DNA of 64,000 nucleotides from Ignavibacteriota bacterium (GCA_963787835.1 CAWBEI010000002.1:608001-672000), one strand, 5' to 3'; shown: positions 54,270 to 63,999, counted from the stretch's first letter. The notes: generated by a model from the letters alone, not told the origin. Translations and numbers: made by a program.

Positions 54270-57008
54270 TTAGCGAATAATTTCGAAATGCTTGGTTTGA
54301 ATGGTGTTGCCGTTTTTCAGAATGCAGGAATATGTTCCAATTGGCCATTGGGACACATCGACTGTGGAATTATTTGTAACGGTTTGCGTAAGAATCGTCC
54401 GGCCCAGCGCGTCGATCATTGCTATTGAATAGGTTCCCAGCGTCCCGGTGATCAGCGATACGGAATTCACCGCAGGATCCGGATAAAGCGAATAACGCAT
54501 TGGAAGATCATCCCCGGCTGAAACTTTTTCAGGCTCTGCCCACGCCCCTTCATAAAAAGGTGTTGTTCTCACGAGATGTTCCGTGTTGACAGCATGGATG
54601 CAATACATCCAGGGTCCGCGCGGGACAACGGAACCGGTATAATGGTTGGAAGAAACCCGTTGGAATGGGACGGTTATGGTATCGCGCGGAATTTTTACTT
54701 CTGAATCAGGATAGTAAATGACAGTGGCTGTTACTGCAGTGATGGAATCCGATGGAAGATAAGGGTCACTAAATACGTCTGCACCGAGGTTCATTGGATA
54801 TCCGAATGTATCGATAACCCTTACAGGAATATGCACTATCATTGGCCCTGCACTCCAGACATAATCGGCGAAGGGAGTAAGGAACGAATAGTCGTTTGCC
54901 CAGGTGGTGTACATCATGCCGCGCATGTTGGGGATGGTATCCATGGCAAGACGCCAGTCGCGCATGTTTATGGTGTTTGGCACATCGTAATAGGGGCTTG
55001 TGATCTGCGAAAAACCGAGCTTCGAAAAGAAGTTCAGGCTTTGCGACATATTCCCGCCATTCCAATTCACAATGGTAAAATCCTTCGGAATTAAATTCCA
55101 ATCGCCGGAGAGATCGCCATTTACGAGATAGTAATTATTGTGTGCATTGTGAAGGGAATCGAACATATCGCTCCAATCGAATCGCTCGGCGCCGGGATGC
55201 ACTTCCTGAATGATGGAATCCGCCTTCTTCACATTATCGGCAAGCTCGACCGCTGGAGAAACATGTCGCGAAGTACAAGCCGTATCCCAGTTCATCTCGC
55301 GGATCTCGTCGTGGCTCATGAAATATTTATTGGAATGATATTGCGCATCCACCAGCGAAAGCTGATTCTGAATAATAGAGTATAGCGTGTCTTCAGACAC
55401 ACAGACCATCGTAGAACCATCGCCTGTTCCATCATTTTCAACGGGATTTGGCCGAATAAAATGAACTTGCACGGTATCGCCATTCTTGATGGCGCTTCCG
55501 GGCAAGACCGTGAATCTCGGCGACGTATGCCAGGGATAGGAACCTTCATTCTGTTCCATCACGCTGTCAATGATAGGCGCATAATCTTTACCTTCCACAC
55601 AATTACTAGATTTCCCCGCCTCGCTCACAGCAGGAATTTCAGCACGCGGACGAAGTACATTTGTCATCCCCGCATCTTCGACCACAAAATCATCGAACCA
55701 GATCGTCCCAGCAGAACCGCCCCACACGCCGCAATAGACATACAATGAATCGTAGGTTAAGGTGTTAAAAACTACATTATACTGATTCCATCCATTCGAA
55801 GTTGAGGGAACCGGAAACGCGGTGTACGTCAGTGATGTGCTTTGGGCACCGTTATACCCGATGGCAAGCAATTGCACTTCCTCGCCCTGAAAATTCTGCG
55901 TGTTGATCCAGACCGACATGTGGTAGCCATGAAAAGGCTTACAGTTTAGCGATCGAATGAAACGAGCATCGCCAGCCGGATTTCCAGCGGTGAAGTTGGT
56001 GCAACGCGCACTATATTTGCCCGAGTGAACGGTCGTCGAATCGACGAACATGCTTTGATTGGGTCCGTCATAATAGCTCCAGCCAGTAAATTGTCCATTA
56101 GAGATGTTCTCGAACCCTCCGTTGGGAAGTATCATGTTAGGATCAGTGAGAACAATGCCGGTATCGGATTGAATGAGGTAGGAGGTCGTTGTTGGGATGC
56201 CTTCTGCAATATCGGGATCGTGGAACAAAATTCCTTCCGACCATCCGAATGGAAACACACCGGGAATGATCTCCACATTCGATTTTGCGGAATACGCTTG
56301 CAGCGAATCGACATTATAAAAATATTGCGGATACGAACCCTCGAACACACTATAGATATTATTCTTAAAATCGTTCTGCTGAAGCCCGTTCAGCTTATGC
56401 GCAGCCATGGTATCCTCTATGGTTTCGAGTGCGGCTACCTGGCTTTGCTCGATAAGATTATGCCCGGAGAACACCCATCGGATCGGGTAATCAGGCCAAT
56501 CGTTGATGTGAACCATCGGAAGCGCTGAATTTTGTAACAATTGGGCAAAAGTCGAAATGCTGTTAAATGTACCATTCGGATCAGTACCAGTAAGCAAAAT
56601 CCCATGTTGAGAAACATCCATAACGTAACCTTCTGCGGGTGGCATCGTTTCACCGGAAGCAAGTGATGCGGCGAGTGCGGAATCGAGCGCGGGATAACTT
56701 CCGGCTTCACCTAAATAAATAGCACCCGCAACTCCTTCCATAAAATTTCCACGAAACGGCGCCAGCGTGTATCCAAGCGTTTGTTGAAGCATCCGTTCGA
56801 GATAATCCAGCGCTTGTGCCGAGGACGTATCGGAAATGAGGATGGGCGTTGCAGGAGTTATGACGAATGTTCCTGCCGAACGGAAATAGGAGACTTTAGG
56901 CCGAGGGTGCAAGTTCGCAAGGATGCTGGATTGCTGGGCAATGCACATTCCGCTGAACACGAAGGTGAAGCACGCCGTTATAAGAAAAAATGCGATCCTG
57001 TGTTTCAT
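54270..57008 (-). CDS. T9SS-secreted GH20-like glycoside hydrolase with an inserted CBM4/9-like domain
   Basis: GH20 domain 2 (LHPRPK, EGYVMDV, INDWPDYPIR), HKLN, NGGFE...HSGKYS...GTIWFDD, HDE catalytic motif, TTW, YPDP...IGTY CTD. Confidence 0.78.
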   Translation of the reverse strand: MKHRIAFFLITACFTFVFSGMCIAQQSSILANLHPRPKVSYFRSAGTFVITPATPILISDTSSAQALDYLERMLQQTLGYTLAPFRGNFMEGVAGAIYLGEAGSYPALDSALAASLASGETMPPAEGYVMDVSQHGILLTGTDPNGTFNSISTFAQLLQNSALPMVHINDWPDYPIRWVFSGHNLIEQSQVAALETIEDTMAAHKLNGLQQNDFKNNIYSVFEGSYPQYFYNVDSLQAYSAKSNVEIIPGVFPFGWSEGILFHDPDIAEGIPTTTSYLIQSDTGIVLTDPNMILPNGGFENISNGQFTGWSYYDGPNQSMFVDSTTVHSGKYSARCTNFTAGNPAGDARFIRSLNCKPFHGYHMSVWINTQNFQGEEVQLLAIGYNGAQSTSLTYTAFPVPSTSNGWNQYNVVFNTLTYDSLYVYCGVWGGSAGTIWFDDFVVEDAGMTNVLRPRAEIPAVSEAGKSSNCVEGKDYAPIIDSVMEQNEGSYPWHTSPRFTVLPGSAIKNGDTVQVHFIRPNPVENDGTGDGSTMVCVSEDTLYSIIQNQLSLVDAQYHSNKYFMSHDEIREMNWDTACTSRHVSPAVELADNVKKADSIIQEVHPGAERFDWSDMFDSLHNAHNNYYLVNGDLSGDWNLIPKDFTIVNWNGGNMSQSLNFFSKLGFSQITSPYYDVPNTINMRDWRLAMDTIPNMRGMMYTTWANDYSFLTPFADYVWSAGPMIVHIPVRVIDTFGYPMNLGADVFSDPYLPSDSITAVTATVIYYPDSEVKIPRDTITVPFQRVSSNHYTGSVVPRGPWMYCIHAVNTEHLVRTTPFYEGAWAEPEKVSAGDDLPMRYSLYPDPAVNSVSLITGTLGTYSIAMIDALGRTILTQTVTNNSTVDVSQWPIGTYSCILKNGNTIQTKHFEIIR

Positions 57009-57097
57009 AATAGCGTGAACAAAGTATAAGTGGTAGAACTCACACAAAAATAAATGGTTTTCAGGGACGTTCGCACTGATTTCGCCATACTTTCTAC

Positions 57098-58867
57098 TTG
57101 AAACTCAGTCATTTTCTTTGGTTTTTCCTGTTTTTCTCTGCGTGGAGCATTAATGCTCATTCGCAGACGAGTGCCGTGTTGCCCGCAAATAGCGCTCTGG
57201 TCGCCATTCCGGCCAAACTCCCCGATCAGGATTCCGCTGACGACCGGCCCTGCTTCACGCTCGACGGCCGCACCATGTATTTTGGCTCTCGCCGGTTTTC
57301 GAAGGATTCCTGGCGAGTAACCGACCCTAACCCGCGTTGGAAATGGGATAGCGATCTGTGGGATCGGGTTCTGACCGATAGCGGCTGGTCATCCCCGATC
57401 AACCTCGGCCCACCCATCAACAACTCCGCAGGCCAGCTTAATCCAACGATCTCCCCACGTGGAGATGAGCTTTACTATGTGAACGGCGGCGGGCCTACCT
57501 TGTGGAAAGCACATCTCGTCGATGGAAAATTTCAACAGCCGCAGCCAGTTCCCGGACTGCTGAACAACATCTATACGAACCGGCAATTCGCGATGAATCA
57601 TTTCCACGACTCCATCTGGATGCTGGTGAATAAAGAAATGGCGCCGGATTCCGATCTTCGGCTTCGCGCACCCGACGCATGGGATCTGCATTTTCGCGAG
57701 CATCTCGTCCAGCATCTAAAAACGCAAATGGCTGCGGATTTTTATTCCTTGATGATCCGCTGTGAATCTTCCATCTCTCCCGATGGAAAATCAGCCATAT
57801 TTAGTGAAGACTTCGGCAAAAAGGGAGCATACGGAATTGCCGGCGAAGGCGGTGAGGATCTTTGGCTCGTCACGATCAGTCCCAACGGTTCGTGGGATAC
57901 GGTCAAATATTTAAATGGGAAGGTTAATTCTGAATTTGACGAAACGTATCCCTTCATCGCGGCGGACGGTGTAACGCTATACTTTACTTCCACTCGGCCC
58001 TGCCCAACCTGCCCCCGTGGCACGAGCGGCGGTCAGGATCTTTACCGCACCCAATTCAACGGCGAGCATTGGACCGATCCGGTTCCGCTCGGAGCGCCAT
58101 TTAATTCTGCTGCCGATGACTACGGCTTCTCGATCGGGCCGGATGGCAAAACTGCGTATTTTGTCAGCAACCGCGATGGGAAATCAAGGCTCTATCAGGT
58201 TGATCTCGGCCCGCAGGATTCCGCGATCGCTCCCAAGCCCGTCGTGATCTTACAAGGCGAAGTAACGGACGCCAAAACGCACAAGCCGCTTTCGGCGGAG
58301 ATCTTTGTCGATGATCTTACCGCAAAAGAAAATGAGTTCAGCGTCTATAGCGATAGCGTGTCCGGTAACTATGTGCTGGCCGCGCAGCGCGGACATCATT
58401 TCGGCATTCAAGCGATCGCTGCCGGCCATTTGCCGCGCTCCGAGCGGTTTGAAGTTCCCGCCGATCAGCCCTTCGATCGCACCAAGCTTGCACTGGAGCT
58501 CGAACCGATCGAGCTGGGCGCCACCATGGAATTCAAGAACGTCTATTTCGATTTTGGCAAGGCCGATCTGTTAGATGAAAGCAAACTTGAACTCAATCGC
58601 GTGGTCGTCTTTCTATCGAGATCAACGAACACCACCCTTGAGATCGGTGGGCATACCGATGATGTTGGCACGATCGCTGCGAACCAAAAGCTTTCCGAGG
58701 ATCGCGCGAATGCCGTGCGAGACTATCTCGTCCAGCACGGTGTAGCGGCAACAAGGCTGAAAGCCGTTGGCTATGGCAAATCGAAACCGCTCGTAAAAGG
58801 CAATACAGAAGCGGCCCGCGCTCAAAACCGGCGAGTTGAGATGACGATCACCAGCGAATCGGATTAA
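57098..58867 (+). CDS. PD40 + OmpA_C protein (PorE-like)
   Basis: PD40 blades (NLGPPIN, PFIAADGVTLYFTSTR); NVYFDFGKADL, GHTDDVG, QNRRVE. Confidence 0.9.
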   Translation: MKLSHFLWFFLFFSAWSINAHSQTSAVLPANSALVAIPAKLPDQDSADDRPCFTLDGRTMYFGSRRFSKDSWRVTDPNPRWKWDSDLWDRVLTDSGWSSPINLGPPINNSAGQLNPTISPRGDELYYVNGGGPTLWKAHLVDGKFQQPQPVPGLLNNIYTNRQFAMNHFHDSIWMLVNKEMAPDSDLRLRAPDAWDLHFREHLVQHLKTQMAADFYSLMIRCESSISPDGKSAIFSEDFGKKGAYGIAGEGGEDLWLVTISPNGSWDTVKYLNGKVNSEFDETYPFIAADGVTLYFTSTRPCPTCPRGTSGGQDLYRTQFNGEHWTDPVPLGAPFNSAADDYGFSIGPDGKTAYFVSNRDGKSRLYQVDLGPQDSAIAPKPVVILQGEVTDAKTHKPLSAEIFVDDLTAKENEFSVYSDSVSGNYVLAAQRGHHFGIQAIAAGHLPRSERFEVPADQPFDRTKLALELEPIELGATMEFKNVYFDFGKADLLDESKLELNRVVVFLSRSTNTTLEIGGHTDDVGTIAANQKLSEDRANAVRDYLVQHGVAATRLKAVGYGKSKPLVKGNTEAARAQNRRVEMTITSESD

Positions 58868-58908
58868 GTCAGAACCTGGATTACACGGATTGGATGGATT
58901 ACGCGGAT
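58868..58908. repeat. Single arm of the GGATTAC nonamer element (family C, copy 3)
   Basis: GTCAGAACCTGGATTACACGGATTGGATGGATTACGCGGAT. Confidence 0.75.
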
Positions 58909-58918
58909 GGGTAATTTT

Positions 58919-58976
58919 TGTCATCCTGAGCGAAGTTCATTCGACCGAAGGGAGAATGAACGTAGTCGAAGGGTCT
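58919..58976. repeat. Left half of the cloverleaf element (family B, copy 3)
   Basis: TGTCATCCTGAGCGAA-GTTCATTC...GAATGAAC-GTAGTCGAAGGGTCT. Confidence 0.75.
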
Positions 58977-58998
58977 CTGGCTCGACAAGGAATTATTG

Positions 58999-59814
58999 AT
59001 GTTACAAAATAGAATTATCCGCGGAATAACGCTCGCTTTTGAGAGAGCTGATAATGGAAGCATGACCGATCATGTGGGCGAATTGATCGTCTTCATTCAT
59101 GGCGTCGGCGCAGACCTAACAAGTTGGGAACCACAAGTCAAATTCTTTAGCGAACAGGGCTATTCTGTAGCCGCGATCGATATGCGTGGAAGCGGTCGTT
59201 CTCAATCTCGTGACGAGAACGGACTCGCTCTTCCTATCACTATTGCCGACTTCGCTGCTGATGTGAATGAACTTATTCTTGCACTTGGTTTCGAACGCGC
59301 GCATTGGGTCGGCAACTCGATGGGCGGAGTTATTATCATGGAAGCATTCCGCCAAACACTCCCGACCATAGCAAAAGCCGTTCTTTGCAACACCTTCGCA
59401 AAGCATCCTGACTCCACACTTATACTTCCACGGCCAGCGAACGCACTTAAAACCAAATCGCTGGCAGAATTTGCGGCTGAAAGAATTCCATTTGCTCATA
59501 AGCCCAATATTGCACCGGAAATTTTAGAAGCAAGCATCCGCGCTATGGTTGGAAAAGATGTCGAGACATACCTTCTTTCCTGGCGTGAAACCTGGAGCCA
59601 GGATTATCGAGGAATATTACCGGAAGTACGCATTCCTTCGCTTATCATTACTGGCTCTCTGGATAAAATTACACCATCCGCACTCGGTCTTGAGATCGCT
59701 GGATTAATTCCTCATGCTGAGTATTACGAAATTCAGAACGCCAGCCATCTCTCGAATCTCGATCAACCAGAGGAGTTTAACAGAGTGGTGCTGGATTTTT
59801 TGAGAAAGCCATGA
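58999..59814 (+). CDS. Alpha/beta hydrolase (enol-lactonase-like)
   Basis: FIHGVG, DMRGSGRS, GNSMGG nucleophile elbow, GSLDKITP, SHLSNLDQPEEFN. Confidence 0.92.
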   Translation: MLQNRIIRGITLAFERADNGSMTDHVGELIVFIHGVGADLTSWEPQVKFFSEQGYSVAAIDMRGSGRSQSRDENGLALPITIADFAADVNELILALGFERAHWVGNSMGGVIIMEAFRQTLPTIAKAVLCNTFAKHPDSTLILPRPANALKTKSLAEFAAERIPFAHKPNIAPEILEASIRAMVGKDVETYLLSWRETWSQDYRGILPEVRIPSLIITGSLDKITPSALGLEIAGLIPHAEYYEIQNASHLSNLDQPEEFNRVVLDFLRKP

Positions 59815-60152
59815 AGCTGAACGATCTTTCCAATCTATCCGCGCTTCTTTCCAAAGAAGAAGCGGATTCACTAGCAAAGGATGCAGCAGCAAAGCAAGCC
59901 AAACGCAAGCTCGGCGAGGGACAGGAAGTGCGCGTATTCCTCGACAAAAAAGCGCGGCGCGGAAAAGCGGTGACGGTCATCGAAGGGCTTCATCTCTCTA
60001 CGGAAATGCGAGACCAGCTTGCCAAAACGCTCCGACAAAAATTCAGTGTCGGCGGCACTGTTGAGAAAGATACGATTGAATTGCAAGGCGATCATGTTCA
60101 GAGAGTTGCGGCTTATTTGCGGGAGAATGCTTTTTCTGTAAAGACCACATAG
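59811..60152 (+). CDS. yciH: SUI1/YciH translation initiation factor-like protein
   Basis: RRGKAVTVIEG, GGTV...IELQGDH. Confidence 0.9.
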   Translation: MKLNDLSNLSALLSKEEADSLAKDAAAKQAKRKLGEGQEVRVFLDKKARRGKAVTVIEGLHLSTEMRDQLAKTLRQKFSVGGTVEKDTIELQGDHVQRVAAYLRENAFSVKTT

Positions 60153-60818
60153 ATGCAACTTCTTGAACTTGGCCTCACACCCTACCAGCAAGCCTGGGAA
60201 CTCCAGCGAGAGATCTTTCGCGGTGTCATTGCCGGTGAGCAGGACGATACGCTGATCCTCGTCGAGCATCCGCATGTTTATACTTTTGGTCGTGGCGCGG
60301 ATATGGAAAATTTCCTGCTCTCAGATGCAAAACTTCGCGAGATCGGCGCAGAAAAATTCGAGATCGAACGTGGCGGCGATGTAACCTATCACGGGCCCGG
60401 ACAGCTTGTTGGCTACCCTATTCTCAATCTCGCACATTTCAAGGAAGATCTGGGGTGGTATCTTCGGGCTCTTGAAGATACCATCATTCAAGTGCTTGCC
60501 ACTTATGAAATTGATGGATTTCGAATCGCTGGACGAACAGGCGTCTGGACTGGCGATCCGGGACATGAAGAAAAGATCTGCGCCATTGGCGTTCATGCTT
60601 CCAGATGGTGTACCATGCACGGATTTGCTTTCAATGTCAATACCGATCTCTCCTATTTCGAGCATATCGTTCCCTGCGGCATCTCCGATCGAGGAGTGAC
60701 AAGCCTCGGGAAAATACTTGGGAGAGAAATTCCAATGGATGAAGTTATCTCCCGATGTGTTCATGCATTCGAAACCGTGTTTCAAATTCACATCGAAGAA
60801 ATTATTATTCAAAAATGA
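60153..60818 (+). CDS. lipB: Lipoyl(octanoyl) transferase
   Basis: EHPHVYTFG, RGGDVTYHGPGQLVGYPI, KICAIG, HGFAFN, IVPCG. Confidence 0.97.
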   Translation: MQLLELGLTPYQQAWELQREIFRGVIAGEQDDTLILVEHPHVYTFGRGADMENFLLSDAKLREIGAEKFEIERGGDVTYHGPGQLVGYPILNLAHFKEDLGWYLRALEDTIIQVLATYEIDGFRIAGRTGVWTGDPGHEEKICAIGVHASRWCTMHGFAFNVNTDLSYFEHIVPCGISDRGVTSLGKILGREIPMDEVISRCVHAFETVFQIHIEEIIIQK

Positions 60819-62101
60819 AACGTCTTATCCTTGTTCTTGCTACTCTTGTTGTAAGTGTTAATGCGGCTTATTCCCAGCCTTCGGCAGATCTTGTAGCGCG
60901 CATCAATGAAACGGCTGCACTCTTAAATGCAACCCCGGGAGGCTATGATACCATGTTTAGCCCTGACTTCATTGCCCAAGTCCCGCCTTCGCAAATGACA
61001 GGCATCTGCACCGATTACTTCGATAAATACGGCGGAATAGTCCGATGGAACTATCTCGATTCCTCGAAGACCTCGAATGCAAAAGTTCGGATGGTGCTCT
61101 CGAAGGGATTTTCGGTAGATATGCACATTGGAATAGAGGAATCCGGCAATCACCTAATCAACTCTTTACTCTTCGGGCCAGGAACACCGCTGCTCAAATC
61201 GCTCGATGAGGTCGCAACCAAGATGAGTAAGCTTCGCGGCGTAACAGGATTCCTTGCCGCAAAGCTGAGCATGACTGGGATCGAACCAATAGCAAAATGG
61301 AACCCCGACACATCTCTTGCGCTCGGTTCCGCATTCAAGCTTTATGTGCTTGCGACTTTACTGAAAGAAATAAATTCTGGCACGCGGCATTGGAGCGACG
61401 TCATCTACCTCGATTCTGCCTCTCGCGCATTCCCTTCCGGCCAAATGCACGCGTGGCCGATCGGCTCGCCCGTCACACTCGCAACCGCGGCTACGCTCAT
61501 GATCTCCATCAGTGATAATACTGCTACCGATCTGCTTATTCACACGCTTGGGCGAAAAAATATCGAAGCCATGCTTCGCGAAGCAGGTAATAGTCATGCC
61601 GATCGTGACATTCCGTTCCTCACAACGCTTGAAATGTTCAAGCTGAAATCGAACGATTGCAAAATGGGGAAGCAATATGTCGAGTTACTCCAAACGATGA
61701 GAAGTAGCTATTTGGACGAACACGTCGCTAAATTCCCGCGCGATAGTGTTGCCTTCGGAGGTGGCGTTGCAATGATCGATAAGATCGAGTGGTTCGCATC
61801 ACCGAACGATATTGCAAATGTATTGAAATATATTCGCGACCACTCCACGACTAGTGAAGGCGCACATGTTCGAGACATTCTTGCCGTCAATGCTGGCCTT
61901 TCGATCGAGAAATCAAAATGGGAGTATATCGGCTACAAAGGCGGGTCTGAGCCCGGAGTGCTAAACCTTTCCTATTTATTGCGTTCACGATCAAGCGGAG
62001 ACTGGTATGTTATCACCGGAACCTGGAATGATACGGAAGCCGCGCTGGACGAGACTAATTTCGAAGGGTACATTCAGCGCGCCACGGAACTTGCACCGTA
62101 A
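60815..62101 (+). CDS. Exported serine hydrolase, class A beta-lactamase-like fold (LpqF-like)
   Basis: Signal peptide; SAFK (SxxK), SDN, KGGSEPG. Confidence 0.88.
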   Translation: MKRLILVLATLVVSVNAAYSQPSADLVARINETAALLNATPGGYDTMFSPDFIAQVPPSQMTGICTDYFDKYGGIVRWNYLDSSKTSNAKVRMVLSKGFSVDMHIGIEESGNHLINSLLFGPGTPLLKSLDEVATKMSKLRGVTGFLAAKLSMTGIEPIAKWNPDTSLALGSAFKLYVLATLLKEINSGTRHWSDVIYLDSASRAFPSGQMHAWPIGSPVTLATAATLMISISDNTATDLLIHTLGRKNIEAMLREAGNSHADRDIPFLTTLEMFKLKSNDCKMGKQYVELLQTMRSSYLDEHVAKFPRDSVAFGGGVAMIDKIEWFASPNDIANVLKYIRDHSTTSEGAHVRDILAVNAGLSIEKSKWEYIGYKGGSEPGVLNLSYLLRSRSSGDWYVITGTWNDTEAALDETNFEGYIQRATELAP

Positions 62102-62107
62102 TGTAAC

Positions 62108-62632
62108 GTGGAGCGTCCATTCCCATATAATCGTGTTTGTCTGATCGGCGTTTCTGCTTCTGGCAAAACGACGCTGGCAAAGCAACTTGCCCAACACATG
62201 GAGTGCGAGCACATCGAGCTGGATGCACTCTATCATGAACCGGAATGGAAAGAAGCTGAACTAAAAGATTTTCGAGAACGAGCAGAGTCAAGGTTATCTG
62301 CTGAACGGTGGGTTTGCGATGGCTTCTATGCAAATTGGGCGCGTCAATTTGACCGAGCAGATCTCATCATTTGGCTGGACTATCCCTTTAGAATTATTTT
62401 ACGCCGCGTGCTGTGGCGGACATTCAAGCGACTTCTGACAAAAGAAGAACTATGGAATGGCAATCGCGAATCATGGAAAATGACCTTCTCGAATAAGAGC
62501 ATTATCGCATGGGTCTTCAAAGTCTATTGGAAGCGTAAGAAAGAAACGCCACGATTTCTGGAATTATTCGAAGCGGAGAAATTGCGGTTCGGCCATCCGC
62601 GAGAATTGGAGCGATGGCTTAGTGATTTTTAG
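62108..62632 (+). CDS. Adenylate kinase-like P-loop protein (topology modulation/FlaR-like)
   Basis: GVSASGKTT, ELDAL, WVCDG, IIWLD, LWNGNRE. Confidence 0.88.
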   Translation: MERPFPYNRVCLIGVSASGKTTLAKQLAQHMECEHIELDALYHEPEWKEAELKDFRERAESRLSAERWVCDGFYANWARQFDRADLIIWLDYPFRIILRRVLWRTFKRLLTKEELWNGNRESWKMTFSNKSIIAWVFKVYWKRKKETPRFLELFEAEKLRFGHPRELERWLSDF

Positions 62633-62907
62633 AAAAGATCCAGCGTCACGCGTTTCCCAAGCGCCTTGGCATATTTTTGAAGTGTAGATATACGCATATC
62701 TTTGGCATGACGTTCGATTCTTGAGATCGCAGACTTATTCGTGCGAAGCTTTTTTGCAACTTGCTCCTGGGTCAACCCAGCTTGTTCACGTGCAACCTTC
62801 AGCATGACACCGAGCTTGAATTGTTGATAACCCTCCTCATAGCTTTTCGCAAATTCGGGATCGCGTTTAATTCGTGCTTCCCGATACCGTTGTAAGTCGT
62901 CTTTCAT
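62629..62907 (-). CDS. HTH XRE antitoxin (HigA-like)
   Basis: AREQAGLTQEQVA..L.T.KSAISRIE; ATGA overlap with the toxin. Confidence 0.92.
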   Translation of the reverse strand: MKDDLQRYREARIKRDPEFAKSYEEGYQQFKLGVMLKVAREQAGLTQEQVAKKLRTNKSAISRIERHAKDMRISTLQKYAKALGKRVTLDLF

Positions 62908-63254
62908 TGCCCATACCTCCTTAAATAATCCTTCTTTCTTCGCTCCGCGAGTTCAATTTCGGATGGCGGGGTTTTCATCGTCTTTTTACTAAACCCATTT
63001 GTCAACACGATTGAATTCGCACCGGAAAAGAATCCGAGAACGCGAAGGCTCACGCCGCCAAATCTTGCCCGCAACGCCCAAATACCTGACGTGCCTCGCA
63101 GTTTTTCGAAATATTCTGCTGGAACGAGCAGAGTTTCAGCAACCACGCGCATGACCCAGTCGATCTTTTGCATTTCTTTTCCAGACAGCGAATCAAGAAA
63201 CTCCTCTACCGGACATCTTCCTGTTTCCGTCCGATAAAATTCAAAAGTTCGCAT
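62904..63254 (-). CDS. RelE/ParE-superfamily toxin (HigB/Gp49-like)
   Basis: FYRTETGRCPVEEFLDSL, IW.LR, LTNGFSKKTMKTPPSEIELAERR. Confidence 0.92.
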   Translation of the reverse strand: MRTFEFYRTETGRCPVEEFLDSLSGKEMQKIDWVMRVVAETLLVPAEYFEKLRGTSGIWALRARFGGVSLRVLGFFSGANSIVLTNGFSKKTMKTPPSEIELAERRKKDYLRRYGQ

Positions 63255-63260
63255 TCATGA

Positions 63261-63282
63261 CAAAGTTAACATTAACGTTAAC
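63261..63282 (-). promoter_or_regulatory. TA promoter -7 box overlapped by a palindromic operator
   Basis: TAACTTTG (63268-63261) overlaps GTTAAC-ATTAAC-GTTAAC (63265-63282), 6 nt upstream of the toxin ATG. Confidence 0.6.
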
Positions 63283-63327
63283 CACATGTTCGAGAGATCA
63301 GTTGCAGATCAATTAAAAGTCAAGGTT

Positions 63328-63999
63328 TTAGATCATAGAGGGATACCGCATGGGATCGCTCTCGTGCATGAGGGCATAGATGCGCTCGAACATCGTCTCG
63401 ACGTTCGGCTTCGAGAAATAATCGCCGTCGGAACCATACGCGGGGCGGTGATTCGTGCCGGTAATGGTTACCGGATCGGAATCCAGCCAGCGGTAACCGC
63501 CTTGTTTTTCGAGGACTTCACGCATCATATACGCCGTCGCACCGCCGGGGACGTCCTCATCGGCGAAAACGATGCGGTTGGTCTTTTTGAGCGATTCGAG
63601 AATGATTGCATGTCGATCGAATGGCAATAACGTTTGCACATCGATGACTTCCATGGAAATATCGAACTTCGCAAGTTCTTCGGCGCATTCCATCGCGATG
63701 CGGCACATGGCGCCGTAGGTAACGAGCGTGACGTCCGTGCCTTCTCGCAGAATTTCTGGAACTCCAAGCGGAACGGTGAACTCGCCAACATTCGCGGGGA
63801 TGGTCTCCTTCAAACGGTAACCATTCAGCACTTCCACGATAAGCGCGGTATCATCGGACTGAAGCATGGTGTTGTAAAAACCGGCTGCTTGTGTCATGTT
63901 GCGCGGAACGAGGACGTACATCCCGCGCAGTGAATTCAGCACCATTCCCATCGGGGAGCCGGAATGCCAAACGCCTTCTAATCGGTGTCCGCGCGTGCG
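63328..63999 (-). CDS. 2-oxoacid dehydrogenase E1, beta/transketolase C-terminal part of a probable alpha-beta fusion (5'-truncated by window edge)
   Basis: [63 protein letters not shown]. Confidence 0.92.
   Translation of the reverse strand, partial: RTRGHRLEGVWHSGSPMGMVLNSLRGMYVLVPRNMTQAAGFYNTMLQSDDTALIVEVLNGYRLKETIPANVGEFTVPLGVPEILREGTDVTLVTYGAMCRIAMECAEELAKFDISMEVIDVQTLLPFDRHAIILESLKKTNRIVFADEDVPGGATAYMMREVLEKQGGYRWLDSDPVTITGTNHRPAYGSDGDYFSKPNVETMFERIYALMHESDPMRYPSMI

Noticed and set aside
60815-62101. Possible antibiotic-resistance beta-lactamase
   Set aside because: SxxK and SDN are present, but KGG and the extra N-terminal domain fit LpqF-like serine hydrolases; resistance is not supported
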